Shown here: one piece after another, positions 8,801-18,054 of the stretch
How positions within the stretch are numbered: position 1 is the first letter of the stretch
How the letters are laid out: each line of letters begins with the position of its first letter
Origin: Candidatus Omnitrophota bacterium
GTDB lineage: Bacteria > Omnitrophota > Gorgyraeia > Zapsychrales > JBDRMG01
Assembly: GCA_043812495.1 (NCBI GenBank)
Contig: JBDRMG010000057.1
Location: 1 to 49,854, forward strand
Direction: 5' to 3'
Length of the DNA stretch: 49,854 nucleotides
Program-made: the position numbers and the translations under genes
Notes under the pieces: generated by a model
What the model was told of the DNA's origin: nothing
Databases searched by the model: none
The model's input: only the letters and a program-made list of their open reading frames with translations

Positions 8801-10885
8801 ATGAACAGCCTATTTCAAATGATTGACAAAATATCCCTCATCAAACAAATCCCTATTTTCCATAAGCTGAACTGGCTTGAGCTGCATATGATTGCCGGCA
8901 AAAGCCAATTTGTCGGATATCAAAAAGGGGAACTCATTTATCGCGAAGGCGATCCTCCGGATGCTCTCTATTGCGTAATTTCCGGCCGCCTGCGGGCCTA
9001 TACCGTGAGTGAGGACGCCAAGGAAGTCGTCGTAGAATATATCTATCGGGGTATGCATTTTGGCATCATTTCTCTTTTGACCAAAGAAAAGCATTCCCTC
9101 ACCATGCAGGCGGTCAATGATTCGATTATTGTCAAAATCCCGCAAGGCGATTTTGAAACTATTTTGAAACAAATACCGAGCTTAGGGATCGCCTTTAGCT
9201 ATAGCCTCTCGAGACGTCTCAAGCGCCGCGAACTGCACGCTAAATCAATTTTTGAAAGTACCATTATCTCCATCTACAGTTCTTATAAGAATGCAGGGTC
9301 TTCAACTTATGCCCTTTATCTCGCCTTGGGATTAAAACGAGAGACGAATAAGAAGGTTATTCTGGTCAATATCAATTCGCATCAGAAAAAGACAATCTCA
9401 ACGGCTGAGAAGATGCATACGGTTTCGCCTTTCTGGAAGAAAGAGGCGAAACCGCTTAAGGACATTGTCAATGATCACCAAAAGATTCTGGACAATATTA
9501 CGACGATGTCTTCAAACGCTGATCTTCTGAGCGTCATTTTTGACCCCAACGATTCCTCTCTGGTTGATAAAATCAGCGAATTTGTTTGTTTGCTTGCGAA
9601 TGATTATCATTTTGTCGTGGTGGACTTACCCAATGATATGGATGAAATTGTTCTCAAAACTTTGACGCAGTCTGATATTGTCCATCTTCTGACAACCGAA
9701 GAAGAAAAAAGTCTTTCTTCCGTGCGCGAAGTGATTGAGCGATTGAAGATGGTCTTTAAGACCCAATTTGTCAAAGAGAAGATTCAGGTTTTGGCCAGCC
9801 AGACAAGACCCGCTATTCATTTGACTTTTGAAAAAATCAATCAAAAGATTGGCTATGATGTCTTTGCTGTACTTCCTTTTGTCTCTTCAGAAGAATTAAA
9901 CGAAGAAGTAGATAGTCAGGATCTGTGTTTTTACGAGTTGCCGTCCGAGAGCCTGTATCGCAAACAAGTGACAAAAATCGCTCGACAAATTGGCGGGGTC
10001 TTAGTCGGCCTTGTTTTAGGAAGCGGCGGGGCCCTGGGGATTGCCCATATCGGCGCTTTGAGGATATTAGAAAGGGAGAAAATACCCATTGATATAATTG
10101 TAGGAAGCAGCATAGGAGCTTTGATCGGGGGTTTGTGGGTTTCCGGGCAAAGCGTCGATCAAATAGAAAAGGCAGCTCGGGAATTCTCGACAAAATTAGG
10201 GTGTTTTAAACTTCTGGATTTTGTTCTCTCTAAGGCCGGCCTGATCGGCGGACACGGAATCAAAAGGTGGTTGCGCGGAAAAATCGGTGACCGTACTTTT
10301 TACGACGTCAAGATTCCTTTTAAAGTCACGGCCTATGATTTAAACCGGCGTGAAGAATTAGTCATCGAAGAGGGGCGCTTGATTGATGCAATTCAAAAGA
10401 GCGTGGCTATTCCAGGCATCGTGAAACCCGTGACGAAGCAAGATCAACTGATTATTGACGGAGGCATACTCAATCCTTTGCCGGTGAATGTTCTTATTGC
10501 CTTAGGTATTAAAAAAATTATCGCCATTAACGTTTTTCAGTCTCCGGCCGAAGTTGTGGAAGGAAACCAAATGGTTCGCAATTGGCATCAAAAAGAGGAA
10601 AGCATTCTTTTAAAGAATAATCCCGGTTTTTATTTACGCATAAGACTTCATCGATTTTTTTCTCAGTTGTTTTCTCCGAACATTTCCAATATAATAATAC
10701 GAAGTTTTCAAGCCAGTGAATATATCCTGGCCGAACAAAGTTCCAAACAAGTGGATGTTCTCATCCATCCTCATTTGGCGGGCATTGATTGGTTTGAACT
10801 TTATAAAGTGGATCAGTTGATTCAACGCGGAGAAGAAGCAGTTATCAACAAGCTGGAGGATATCAAAAAGCTTGTTTATGAATGA
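8801..10885 (+). CDS. cyclic-nucleotide-binding patatin-like phospholipase
   Basis: N-terminal cNMP domain, central degenerate MinD/ParA-like region, patatin GSGGALG, GSSIG, DGG motifs. Confidence 0.9.
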   Translation: MNSLFQMIDKISLIKQIPIFHKLNWLELHMIAGKSQFVGYQKGELIYREGDPPDALYCVISGRLRAYTVSEDAKEVVVEYIYRGMHFGIISLLTKEKHSLTMQAVNDSIIVKIPQGDFETILKQIPSLGIAFSYSLSRRLKRRELHAKSIFESTIISIYSSYKNAGSSTYALYLALGLKRETNKKVILVNINSHQKKTISTAEKMHTVSPFWKKEAKPLKDIVNDHQKILDNITTMSSNADLLSVIFDPNDSSLVDKISEFVCLLANDYHFVVVDLPNDMDEIVLKTLTQSDIVHLLTTEEEKSLSSVREVIERLKMVFKTQFVKEKIQVLASQTRPAIHLTFEKINQKIGYDVFAVLPFVSSEELNEEVDSQDLCFYELPSESLYRKQVTKIARQIGGVLVGLVLGSGGALGIAHIGALRILEREKIPIDIIVGSSIGALIGGLWVSGQSVDQIEKAAREFSTKLGCFKLLDFVLSKAGLIGGHGIKRWLRGKIGDRTFYDVKIPFKVTAYDLNRREELVIEEGRLIDAIQKSVAIPGIVKPVTKQDQLIIDGGILNPLPVNVLIALGIKKIIAINVFQSPAEVVEGNQMVRNWHQKEESILLKNNPGFYLRIRLHRFFSQLFSPNISNIIIRSFQASEYILAEQSSKQVDVLIHPHLAGIDWFELYKVDQLIQRGEEAVINKLEDIKKLVYE

Positions 10886-10927
10886 TCAATGATAGGAGAA
10901 TTTACTAAACGAAGAGAGGAGCTTGAT

Positions 10928-11311
10928 ATGTTGAAAGGGATAATGAAGGGCGTTATTGTTCTTATCTTAGGGATTCAACTCAGCGGATGCGCTTTATTGC
11001 TGGGAGCTGCGGCCGGTGCCGGAGGTGTAGTCTGGGCCAAGGGACGACTGCAGGAAGAAATCAATAAGCCCCTGGATAATCTTTACAAGGCCACACTCGC
11101 GGGTCTTAAGGACATGGATTTACCTATCACGTTTGACCGGAAGGACGACATGTCGGCCAAGGTGGAATCCAAGTTCGCGGACGGAACAAATGTGTGGGTT
11201 GATGTCGAATATGTTACCGACCATTCGACCCGTATTGTGATTCGCGTTGGTGTTTTAGGAGATCAAACAAGATCGAATAAAATACTTGAGGCCATCAAAC
11301 AAAAACTTTAA
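10928..11311 (+). CDS. lipoprotein, DUF3568-like
   Basis: LSGC lipobox, GAAAGAGG, IRVGVLGD...S..IL..I C-terminus. Confidence 0.8.
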   Translation: MLKGIMKGVIVLILGIQLSGCALLLGAAAGAGGVVWAKGRLQEEINKPLDNLYKATLAGLKDMDLPITFDRKDDMSAKVESKFADGTNVWVDVEYVTDHSTRIVIRVGVLGDQTRSNKILEAIKQKL

Positions 11312-11346
11312 AAGAAAGAAAGCATAATATCATTTAGGATGAACTC

Positions 11347-11544
11347 ATGGAATATCAATGCGATGTCTGCGGAAAGAAGGTTACAGGGGATTCTCTGATG
11401 TTTATCAGACATTCCGAGGAGCATATTGCCGATGTCATCAAAAAGAAGCACCCGGAGTGGGATGAGAAAAATGGCATTTGCTTAAAATGTTTGGATTACT
11501 ATAGGAAAGAAATCAAGGGGATTCCTAGGGAATCGCTTAGCTGA
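11347..11544 (+). CDS. small putative zinc-binding protein
   Basis: CxxC...HxxxH...CxxC in 65 aa. Confidence 0.7.
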   Translation: MEYQCDVCGKKVTGDSLMFIRHSEEHIADVIKKKHPEWDEKNGICLKCLDYYRKEIKGIPRESLS

Positions 11545-11583
11545 CCCACGGCAGGGCTGTAGGAGTCTCCGGCAGATTAACCG

Positions 11584-11946
11584 ATGAAATCACAAAAAAA
11601 AGATCACGTTCAAAGACCCTGGGGTAACTATTATAAACTTTTCCAGGATGCGGGTGTCTGGGTTAAAAGGGTTGAAGTGAAACCCAAATCCCGTATTAGC
11701 CTCCAAAAACATCATAAGCGTTCGGAGAAGTGGATTGTTGTTTCCGGTCAGGGATTAGCCATTGTGAATGATCAGGAAATACCCGTTCATCCCGGTTCTG
11801 TGGTTGATATTCCCCTGGAGTCTATCCATCGCATCGGTAATTCCGGTGAATCACCCCTTGTTTTTATCGAAGTGGCTTGCGGCGAGTATTTAGCCGAGGA
11901 TGACATCACACGTCTGCATGACGATTATTCCCGCGATTGCGCATAG
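11584..11946 (+). CDS. cupin, mannose-6-phosphate isomerase type II C-terminal-like
   Basis: RPWG, SLQKHHKRSEKWIVV, HRIGN, GEYLAEDDI motifs. Confidence 0.9.
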   Translation: MKSQKKDHVQRPWGNYYKLFQDAGVWVKRVEVKPKSRISLQKHHKRSEKWIVVSGQGLAIVNDQEIPVHPGSVVDIPLESIHRIGNSGESPLVFIEVACGEYLAEDDITRLHDDYSRDCA

Positions 11947-12026
11947 AATTCCCTGAAAAAGATATTTACTATTCTTCTTTCCTGTGTATAATGGTATAAA
12001 TTATCCATAAGAAAGATTTGTGAAAA

Positions 12027-13829
12027 ATGAAAACACCGACAGAACATAGAGAACTTCTTGAATGGGTCCGCGACATGGACGACATGTGCCAGCCGGACCG
12101 CATCGTCTGGATTACGGGCACCGAAACGGAGAAGAGGCGCTTAGAAAAAGAAGCTTTTTCAACGGGCGAGCTCATCCAGCTCAATCAGAAGAAACTTCCC
12201 GGTTGCGTCTATCATCGCACGCACCCCAGCGATGTCGCGCGAACAGAGAATTTAACGTTTATCTGCACACCTACCAAAGAACAGGCCGGTCCAACTAACA
12301 ACTGGATGCCTCCCCAGGAAGCCTACCAAAAAGCCGCCGAAACATTTCGGGGTTCTATGAAGGGCCGAACCATGTATGTGATTCCTTTCTGCATGGGAGA
12401 TATCCAGTCGCCTTTTCGGAAAATCGGCGTTGAATTAACCGACAGCATTTACGTTGTTTTGAATATGCGTATCATGACGCAAATGGGAACAAAGGTTCTT
12501 GAGGCCTTAGGAGACAGTGGTGAATTTACGAAGTGTTTGCATGGAAAAGCCGATTTAGATATTAAGAAAAGATTAATCCTTCATTTTCCGCAAGACAACA
12601 CGGTATGGAGCGTTAGTTCTGGATATGGCGGAAATGTTCTTTTGGGAAAGAAATGCATGGCTTTAAGGATTGCCAGTTATTTGGCTAAGAATGAGGGTTG
12701 GATGGCTGAGCATATGCTCATTTTAGGCATCAAAAGGCCTGGCCGAGAAACCCGCTATATTGCCGCTGCTTTTCCGAGCGCCTGCGGGAAGACTAATTTG
12801 GCGATGCTTGTCCCTCCGAAAATCTTACCCAAGAAGGGATATGAAATTTTTACGGTTGGGGATGATATTGCCTGGATTCGCAAAGGTCCTGATGGCAGAC
12901 TCTGGGCTGTAAATCCGGAAGCTGGTTTCTTTGGGGTTTTACCGGGAACAAACTCAAAGACCAATCCCAATGCCATGAAAACCATGCGCAAGAACACTAT
13001 TTACACAAATGTTTTATTGAAGCCTGATAAGACTGTTTGGTGGGAAGATGGCGATGGGAAGGCTCCAAAGAGAGGTATCAATTGGCAAGGTAAGCCGTGG
13101 ACCCCCGGCATGAAGGATGAGAACGGAAATCCCATCAAGGGGGCCAACCCCAATAGTCGCTTCACATCACCCATAAAGCAGTGTCCATCTTTTCCTAAGG
13201 GGAAATCCCATCTGATCAAGGGAGTACCTATTTCTGCATTCATTTTTGGAGGCCGCAGGGCCGGGTTAAAGCCTCTGGTCTTTGAGTCCTTTAGCTGGCA
13301 GCATGGAGTATATGTAGGTGCTATGCTGGCCTCTGAGAGAACCGCAGCTCAATACGGAAAGCAAGGGGAAGTCCGATATGACCCTATGGCAATGCTCCCA
13401 TTTTGCGGGTATAACATGACAGAGTATTTTAAGCATTGGCTCAAAATGGGTAAAAAGGTCGGAGAACAAAAAGTCCCGAAAATCTTTTGCGTCAATTGGT
13501 TTAGGAAGGATGAAAAAGGGGACTTTTTATGGCCTGGATTTCGTGAAAATCTAAGAGTTTTAGATTGGATTTTAGAGCGTTGCGAAGGAAATGTCCAGGC
13601 CCAGAAGACACCCATTGGCCATGTCCCCTATTCAGAGGATATAGATAGAAGAGGGATCGAGCTTTCTAATGAAGCCATGGAAAAACTATTTCATGTTGAT
13701 CCCAGAGAATGGATTGCAGAGCTGGAGAACGTCAAAGAAGTTCATTTAAAAAGATTCAAAGGAATGCTTCCGAAGGAAATTGAAGACGAATATCATGCCT
13801 TGAAAGAAAGGCTTGAAGCAGTCTTATAA
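12027..13829 (+). CDS. pckG: phosphoenolpyruvate carboxykinase (GTP)
   Basis: SGYGGNVLLGKK, AFPSACGKTNLAM, VGDDIAW, NSRF, DPMAMLPFCGYN, NWFRK. Confidence 0.97.
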   Translation: MKTPTEHRELLEWVRDMDDMCQPDRIVWITGTETEKRRLEKEAFSTGELIQLNQKKLPGCVYHRTHPSDVARTENLTFICTPTKEQAGPTNNWMPPQEAYQKAAETFRGSMKGRTMYVIPFCMGDIQSPFRKIGVELTDSIYVVLNMRIMTQMGTKVLEALGDSGEFTKCLHGKADLDIKKRLILHFPQDNTVWSVSSGYGGNVLLGKKCMALRIASYLAKNEGWMAEHMLILGIKRPGRETRYIAAAFPSACGKTNLAMLVPPKILPKKGYEIFTVGDDIAWIRKGPDGRLWAVNPEAGFFGVLPGTNSKTNPNAMKTMRKNTIYTNVLLKPDKTVWWEDGDGKAPKRGINWQGKPWTPGMKDENGNPIKGANPNSRFTSPIKQCPSFPKGKSHLIKGVPISAFIFGGRRAGLKPLVFESFSWQHGVYVGAMLASERTAAQYGKQGEVRYDPMAMLPFCGYNMTEYFKHWLKMGKKVGEQKVPKIFCVNWFRKDEKGDFLWPGFRENLRVLDWILERCEGNVQAQKTPIGHVPYSEDIDRRGIELSNEAMEKLFHVDPREWIAELENVKEVHLKRFKGMLPKEIEDEYHALKERLEAVL

Positions 13830-13850
13830 ATAAGAATAATTTCTTAATCA

Positions 13851-13880
13851 GCAGGTAGCCTTACGGGTTACCTGATTTTT
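13851..13880 (+). terminator. intrinsic terminator after pckG
   Basis: caggtagcc-ttac-gggttacctg stem followed by T run. Confidence 0.7.
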
Positions 13881-13882
13881 AT

Positions 13883-13925
13883 TTGACACAAAGAAAGTCC
13901 TATGATATTATGAGCCTATGCTCAT
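13883..13925 (+). promoter_or_regulatory. promoter with overlapping palindromic operator for the DUF134 gene
   Basis: TTGACA-17 nt-TATTAT overlapped and followed by ATGAGC-CTAT-GCTCAT (13910-13925). Confidence 0.65.
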
Positions 13926-14031
13926 TATTAATAGCTATTTATTCTAAGCCATTGGTCATTATAAAATGATATAATTTGAGAACCTAATAATCCATAATTT
14001 TGATAAAAGACTGTGCACGCAGGAGGTCAAA

Positions 14032-14349
14032 ATGAAGCCCAAAGGAAGACCAAAAAAACAGAGGAAAATTGAATATCAGCCGAGTATTTTACAGTTTAGC
14101 CCGCGGGGTAAGCCTGGCAGGCCTGATGAAATTGAGCTTTCCCTGGATCAATTTGAAGCCCTACGATTGGCCGATTTTAAGGGTCTGGATCAACGATCCG
14201 GGGCAGAGGCGATGCAGACATCCAGGCCGACATTTGGAAGGATTTTGAGAGAGGCCAGAAAGAAGGTTTCTGACGCCTTGGTCAACGGGAAGATTATAAG
14301 AATACAATTGTCTGAAAATAATTTTAAAAGATCCAATCTGCAGAAATAA
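14032..14349 (+). CDS. DUF134 (UPF0251) HTH protein
   Basis: RPKKQR, FEALRLADFKGLDQ, MQTSRPTFGRIL..ARKKVSDALVNGK; AGGAGG RBS. Confidence 0.92.
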   Translation: MKPKGRPKKQRKIEYQPSILQFSPRGKPGRPDEIELSLDQFEALRLADFKGLDQRSGAEAMQTSRPTFGRILREARKKVSDALVNGKIIRIQLSENNFKRSNLQK

Positions 14350-14459
14350 TCTGAATTCCATCAAGTTTTCTTAAGAATTTTCTTGCGCAAAATAATCAAA
14401 AAACCGCTAAATGATGACCGTATAAACAAAAAGAATGACATTAAATTGATAAATATGCA

Positions 14460-14487
14460 ACTACCTATAATATATGTTATGTTAACT
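14460..14487 (+). other. dif: dif site (XerC/XerD chromosome dimer resolution)
   Basis: ACTACCTATAA-TATATG-TTATGTTAACT, 11-6-11 layout; in an AT-rich gap where gene orientation switches from + to -. Confidence 0.88.
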
Positions 14488-14873
14488 AGGTATATTGAGT
14501 TAATGTGCGCAAACGCCATTTAGGCAAGTATTTCCAATAATCCAATATAATCTGTGGAAAACTGATTTCAAACTTACTTCTGTTATAATGGGACTACCTA
14601 ATCAGACCGATTGCTGGCATAATAATGCAGATATTTTTATTAATATTGATGAGGAATATTTTTGTATAAAAGATTAAAAATGGCTATAAAATACATCATA
14701 AATTGACCTAAAGATACATGAAAATGCCCCTCTTCTATTATGGAATATAAACGAAGAAGGGCCTTAAAAAGGCCCAGAAAGGGTCAAAATTGACCCTCTG
14801 AGCCTTTAATTTCAATTGATTGATAAAGTTTACTAACCCAAAAATGATAGTTAAAAACGAATGTTTTGGGCCT

Positions 14874-15281
14874 TCAAAATTCGACTTTTTGCGGGGTTTT
14901 ATCGCTTGGAGACATTGATTCCGCAGCCGAAATATTAACTTCAACTAAGGTGAAAATCTTGTCCTGAGGACCGCTGGCATACTGCTTTAATTGCGGCACA
15001 TGATTCCAAACCGTTTCTCTTTTGCCGGCATCTTGGCTGATTTTTGCTTGGCCCGTAATCCGGCAAAACGCCATTTTACGGTCAACAAAACAGAGTTCAA
15101 CCATGGGGTTTTTCTGGATCTGCTGGATGCTCCTTGAGTGAGATAAAATAGCGATTAATAGCTCGCCATCTTCGGATAAATAAGGACCAACCGGCCTGAC
15201 CCTTGGCTGGTTTCCTTCGTCTGTTGCCAGGAAGCCATACCCTGCATCTTTGACTAAATCAATGACATTTTGCTTGGTCAT
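14874..15281 (-). CDS. pyridoxamine 5'-phosphate oxidase-family FMN-binding protein
   Basis: FLAT..NQPRVRP, QIQKNPMVELCF, RITG.A motifs. Confidence 0.85.
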   Translation of the reverse strand: MTKQNVIDLVKDAGYGFLATDEGNQPRVRPVGPYLSEDGELLIAILSHSRSIQQIQKNPMVELCFVDRKMAFCRITGQAKISQDAGKRETVWNHVPQLKQYASGPQDKIFTLVEVNISAAESMSPSDKTPQKVEF

Positions 15282-15298
15282 AACAGCTCCTTTGGTTA

Positions 15299-16096
15299 TT
15301 ATTTGGTTTCAAATTTGGCTGACCCTAGAAAATCCCGGTTGGAATGAGTCACTATTTCCGCCATAATCGAGATGGCAATTTCCTGCGGAGTTTGGGCCCC
15401 AATATCTAATCCTGTAGGCATATAAACCTTTTTTAGCCGGCTGGTAGAGACCCCCAGTTTCTTAAGTTGCTTGAGAAAACCCTGGCGTTTTTTAAGGCTC
15501 CCAATAACACCTATATAGGCCGCATCAGATCTTATAACCTTTCGGAGGCATTCAAAATCATGCAAATGGCCATGGGTCGCGATCACTAAATAGGTGTTTA
15601 AATTTGGTGTAATTTGATCCAAGGTTTTATTGTAGGGGCCGGCCATAATCTCATCAACATGGGGAAATCTTTTCTTATTGGCAAATTCTTTGCGGTTGTC
15701 CAGGACCGTTACTTTGAATTCAAGGATTTTGCCAAGAGCCGATAAAGCAAGGCCGATATGGCCGGCCCCGCAAATCACAAGATGCCTTGGAGCTCCAAAC
15801 GGCTCAATGAAAACCTTCATCTGACCACCGCAAACGGGCTGTCCTTCTTTTCCAAAACAATCATAAGTTACTAAGGTCGACTTGCGCCTTTTGATCGCCT
15901 TTAGGCACTCTTTCTGGGCTTCTTTTTCGTACTTGCCGCCACCGATAGTTCCGAAAATAGTGCCGTCTTCCAGGACAACCATTTTGGCTCCTGCTTTTTG
16001 CGGAGTGCCTTTTATAGTGGATTCGACCACTGTGGCAAAAGCATATTTCCGGCCTTTTTGAGCAGCTTGAAGGGTTTTTTCTAACAGATCTTGCAT
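15299..16096 (-). CDS. xdhC: XdhC/CoxF-family molybdoenzyme maturation factor
   Basis: GAKMVV, GTIGGG, CGG.MKVFIEP, GAGHIG, YIGVIGS, GLDIGAQTPQEIAISI. Confidence 0.93.
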   Translation of the reverse strand: MQDLLEKTLQAAQKGRKYAFATVVESTIKGTPQKAGAKMVVLEDGTIFGTIGGGKYEKEAQKECLKAIKRRKSTLVTYDCFGKEGQPVCGGQMKVFIEPFGAPRHLVICGAGHIGLALSALGKILEFKVTVLDNRKEFANKKRFPHVDEIMAGPYNKTLDQITPNLNTYLVIATHGHLHDFECLRKVIRSDAAYIGVIGSLKKRQGFLKQLKKLGVSTSRLKKVYMPTGLDIGAQTPQEIAISIMAEIVTHSNRDFLGSAKFETK

Positions 16097-16112
16097 ATCT
16101 TTAAATTAAAAA

Positions 16113-16246
16113 GTTGTCGTTCTTGGTATAGGCATTGTTGGAGTCTTGCTGTGGTTTTGGTTGTAGATTTCGTGAAATTAAGTCCGACAACAAAAACTAT
16201 AACGATAACCAGACACCAACTATGCCGATACCCACAACTAAAACAA
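16113..16246. repeat. long imperfect inverted repeat with 6-nt periodic mismatches
   Basis: ggtataggcattgttggagtct pairs with agacaccaactatgccgatacc, mismatched every sixth base. Confidence 0.75.
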
Positions 16247-16264
16247 TAGTTTCAAAATAGCGGC

Positions 16265-16813
16265 TTATTTCTTCACATAAGCCTTGATAATTTTCTGCTC
16301 CTCAACAGGGCGGTCCCCAGGGCCTTTTTCAACATTTTCAATCTTTTGAACGACATCATAACCGGCAATAACCTCGCCAAAAATGGTATGGTGCATATTC
16401 AGCCAGGGTGTAGGTACGGTTGTAATGAAAAATTGACTGCCGTTTGTGTTAGGACCGGCATTGGCCATGGCCAAAAGGCCTGGTTTATCAAATTTCACAT
16501 TAGGCGTGACTTCATCCTCAAATTTTCCGCCCCAAAGACTTTCGCCGCCGCGGCCGGTTCCTGTGGGGTCGCCACCTTGAAGCATGAAATTTTTGATGAC
16601 TCGATGGAAAATAATGCCGTCATAATAGTCTTTGTTAATCAGTCCAACCATGTTTTCACATGTTTTTGGAGCGATGTCGGTAAAGAGCTTGATCTCGATG
16701 TTTCCCTGGTTGGTCTCAAAAACAATCACGGTATCCTCCTGCGCGTTGGCCGAATAATTAATAGGTAATATTAATCCGAGACAGAATGCCGCAAGTAATA
16801 ATCTTTTGAACAT
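16265..16813 (-). CDS. exported cyclophilin-type peptidyl-prolyl isomerase
   Basis: signal peptide; [41 protein letters not shown]. Confidence 0.96.
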   Translation of the reverse strand: MFKRLLLAAFCLGLILPINYSANAQEDTVIVFETNQGNIEIKLFTDIAPKTCENMVGLINKDYYDGIIFHRVIKNFMLQGGDPTGTGRGGESLWGGKFEDEVTPNVKFDKPGLLAMANAGPNTNGSQFFITTVPTPWLNMHHTIFGEVIAGYDVVQKIENVEKGPGDRPVEEQKIIKAYVKK

Positions 16814-16825
16814 GGCGTTCTCCTT

Positions 16826-16859
16826 GCCTGCCCTGACTGCCGTCAGGCAGGCGGCAGGC
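16826..16859. repeat. nested gcctgcc...ggcaggc palindrome directly upstream of the cyclophilin RBS
   Basis: gcctgcc-ctgactgccgtcag-gcaggc-ggcaggc. Confidence 0.7.
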
Positions 16860-16871
16860 TTTTTGACAGAA

Positions 16872-17975
16872 CTATCTCTCCCTTGGCGGTTGGCGGATGA
16901 TTCTTGGGATTTTTAGCTCTTCTAAGGTCTTGAATTTCGAGCCCGAGGGCTTTTCTTCTGATTTCTCTTCCTTGGTTTGCGATTCCGACTGCTGAGGCTC
17001 TTTGGCTTCTTCTTGGGGTTTTGGTTCGGGTTTTTCTTCTTTTGGCGTCTCTTCTTTTGGTTTTTCTTCTTGTTTTTCTTCAAGCTTTTGTTCTTCGGGT
17101 TTGAGTTCCTGAACCCTCTCTTGAGGTTTTTCTTCGGGTTTTTGTTCCGGTTTTTGTTCTTCAGCCTTTGCTTGAGGTTCTTCTTTCGGTTTCGGTTCGG
17201 GTTTTTGTTCTTGCTCTGCTTCCGTAGGCTTTTCTTCAGGCTTTGACTCTTGGGGTTTGGCTTCTTGAGGTTTTGCTTCTTGAGGTACTGGTTCCTTCAG
17301 GGCCGGTTCAACTTGTTTATCAGCAACCGCGGCTTTCGCTGATATAATTTCTTGAATTTTTTTATTCAGCTCATCGATTTCTTTTTCTTTTTCCTTTATT
17401 TCTTTTTCTTTAGAAATGATTTTATCTTCTAGCTGCGCAATACGTCTTTGATGATTTTCTGATTCGGCCTGCGCGGCTCCGACTTCCAGATGCAATTTAT
17501 GAGCCCGGTCTTTGACTTCCTTGAGTTCCTTTTCAAGGATATCTTTGACGATATTAAAATCTTTCTTGGCTTTCAGTTCAATGGACAGGGCTTTTTGTGC
17601 CTTTTCCAGTTCTTGTGATTTTTCATTAAAAAGGGTTTCCAGCCGTTCGTACTTTTCCTGAAGATCTCGTAAAGCCACTTCCCGCGATTGCTCTTGGGAA
17701 TCTTCTAAAAGGGCTTCGGGTTTTATATTATCTTCAGCAATTTGGGTGATTTCGGCTGCGGCTTCGGGGGGCGGTTCTTTGATATCTTTGATGGTGAGGT
17801 GGCCCTCTTTTTTCGGGTCTTCCCGCAAGCCTAAGCGATCGAGTATTTTTAGGGATTCGGGATCCTTGGAGGGCTCTTTCTTGTCCTTTGGGGGTGCCTT
17901 TTCCTCCTGGAAAAAAAGCCATCCGGCCAGGCCAAGACCTATCGTCAAAATTATTAAATATAAATTCAAATTCAA
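16872..17975 (-). CDS. membrane-anchored coiled-coil protein with E/K/P/Q low-complexity tail
   Basis: N-terminal TM, long heptad region, repeated KPEE/KPQE units. Confidence 0.8.
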   Translation of the reverse strand: MNLNLYLIILTIGLGLAGWLFFQEEKAPPKDKKEPSKDPESLKILDRLGLREDPKKEGHLTIKDIKEPPPEAAAEITQIAEDNIKPEALLEDSQEQSREVALRDLQEKYERLETLFNEKSQELEKAQKALSIELKAKKDFNIVKDILEKELKEVKDRAHKLHLEVGAAQAESENHQRRIAQLEDKIISKEKEIKEKEKEIDELNKKIQEIISAKAAVADKQVEPALKEPVPQEAKPQEAKPQESKPEEKPTEAEQEQKPEPKPKEEPQAKAEEQKPEQKPEEKPQERVQELKPEEQKLEEKQEEKPKEETPKEEKPEPKPQEEAKEPQQSESQTKEEKSEEKPSGSKFKTLEELKIPRIIRQPPRER

Positions 17976-18018
17976 CCTAAGTAATTGAATTAATACTTAT
18001 CTTAATATTAAAGGTCAA

Positions 18019-18047
18019 TTGACAATGCGATTCGCGCTTCTTATAAT
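18019..18047 (+). promoter_or_regulatory. consensus sigma70 promoter, probably giving a leaderless mRNA
   Basis: TTGACA-17 nt-TATAAT ending 7 nt before ATG 18055; no RBS. Confidence 0.75.
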
Positions 18048-18054
18048 ACACTCA

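Noticed and set aside
8801..10885. CBASS/Pycsar anti-phage effector
   Set aside because: No CD-NTase or cyclase nearby; the context is housekeeping.
14553..14561. oriC, suggested by a DnaA-box match (TTTTCCACA on the minus strand) in AT-rich DNA
   Set aside because: Single box, convergent gene orientation and an adjacent dif site indicate the terminus.
14759..14799. another double-hairpin insert
   Set aside because: Two short abutting stems are present, but there is no empty-site reference and they could be ordinary terminators between convergent genes.
16977..17300. DNA tandem repeat or phase-variable tract
   Set aside because: Degenerate at DNA level and explained by the KPEE/KPQE low-complexity protein tail.
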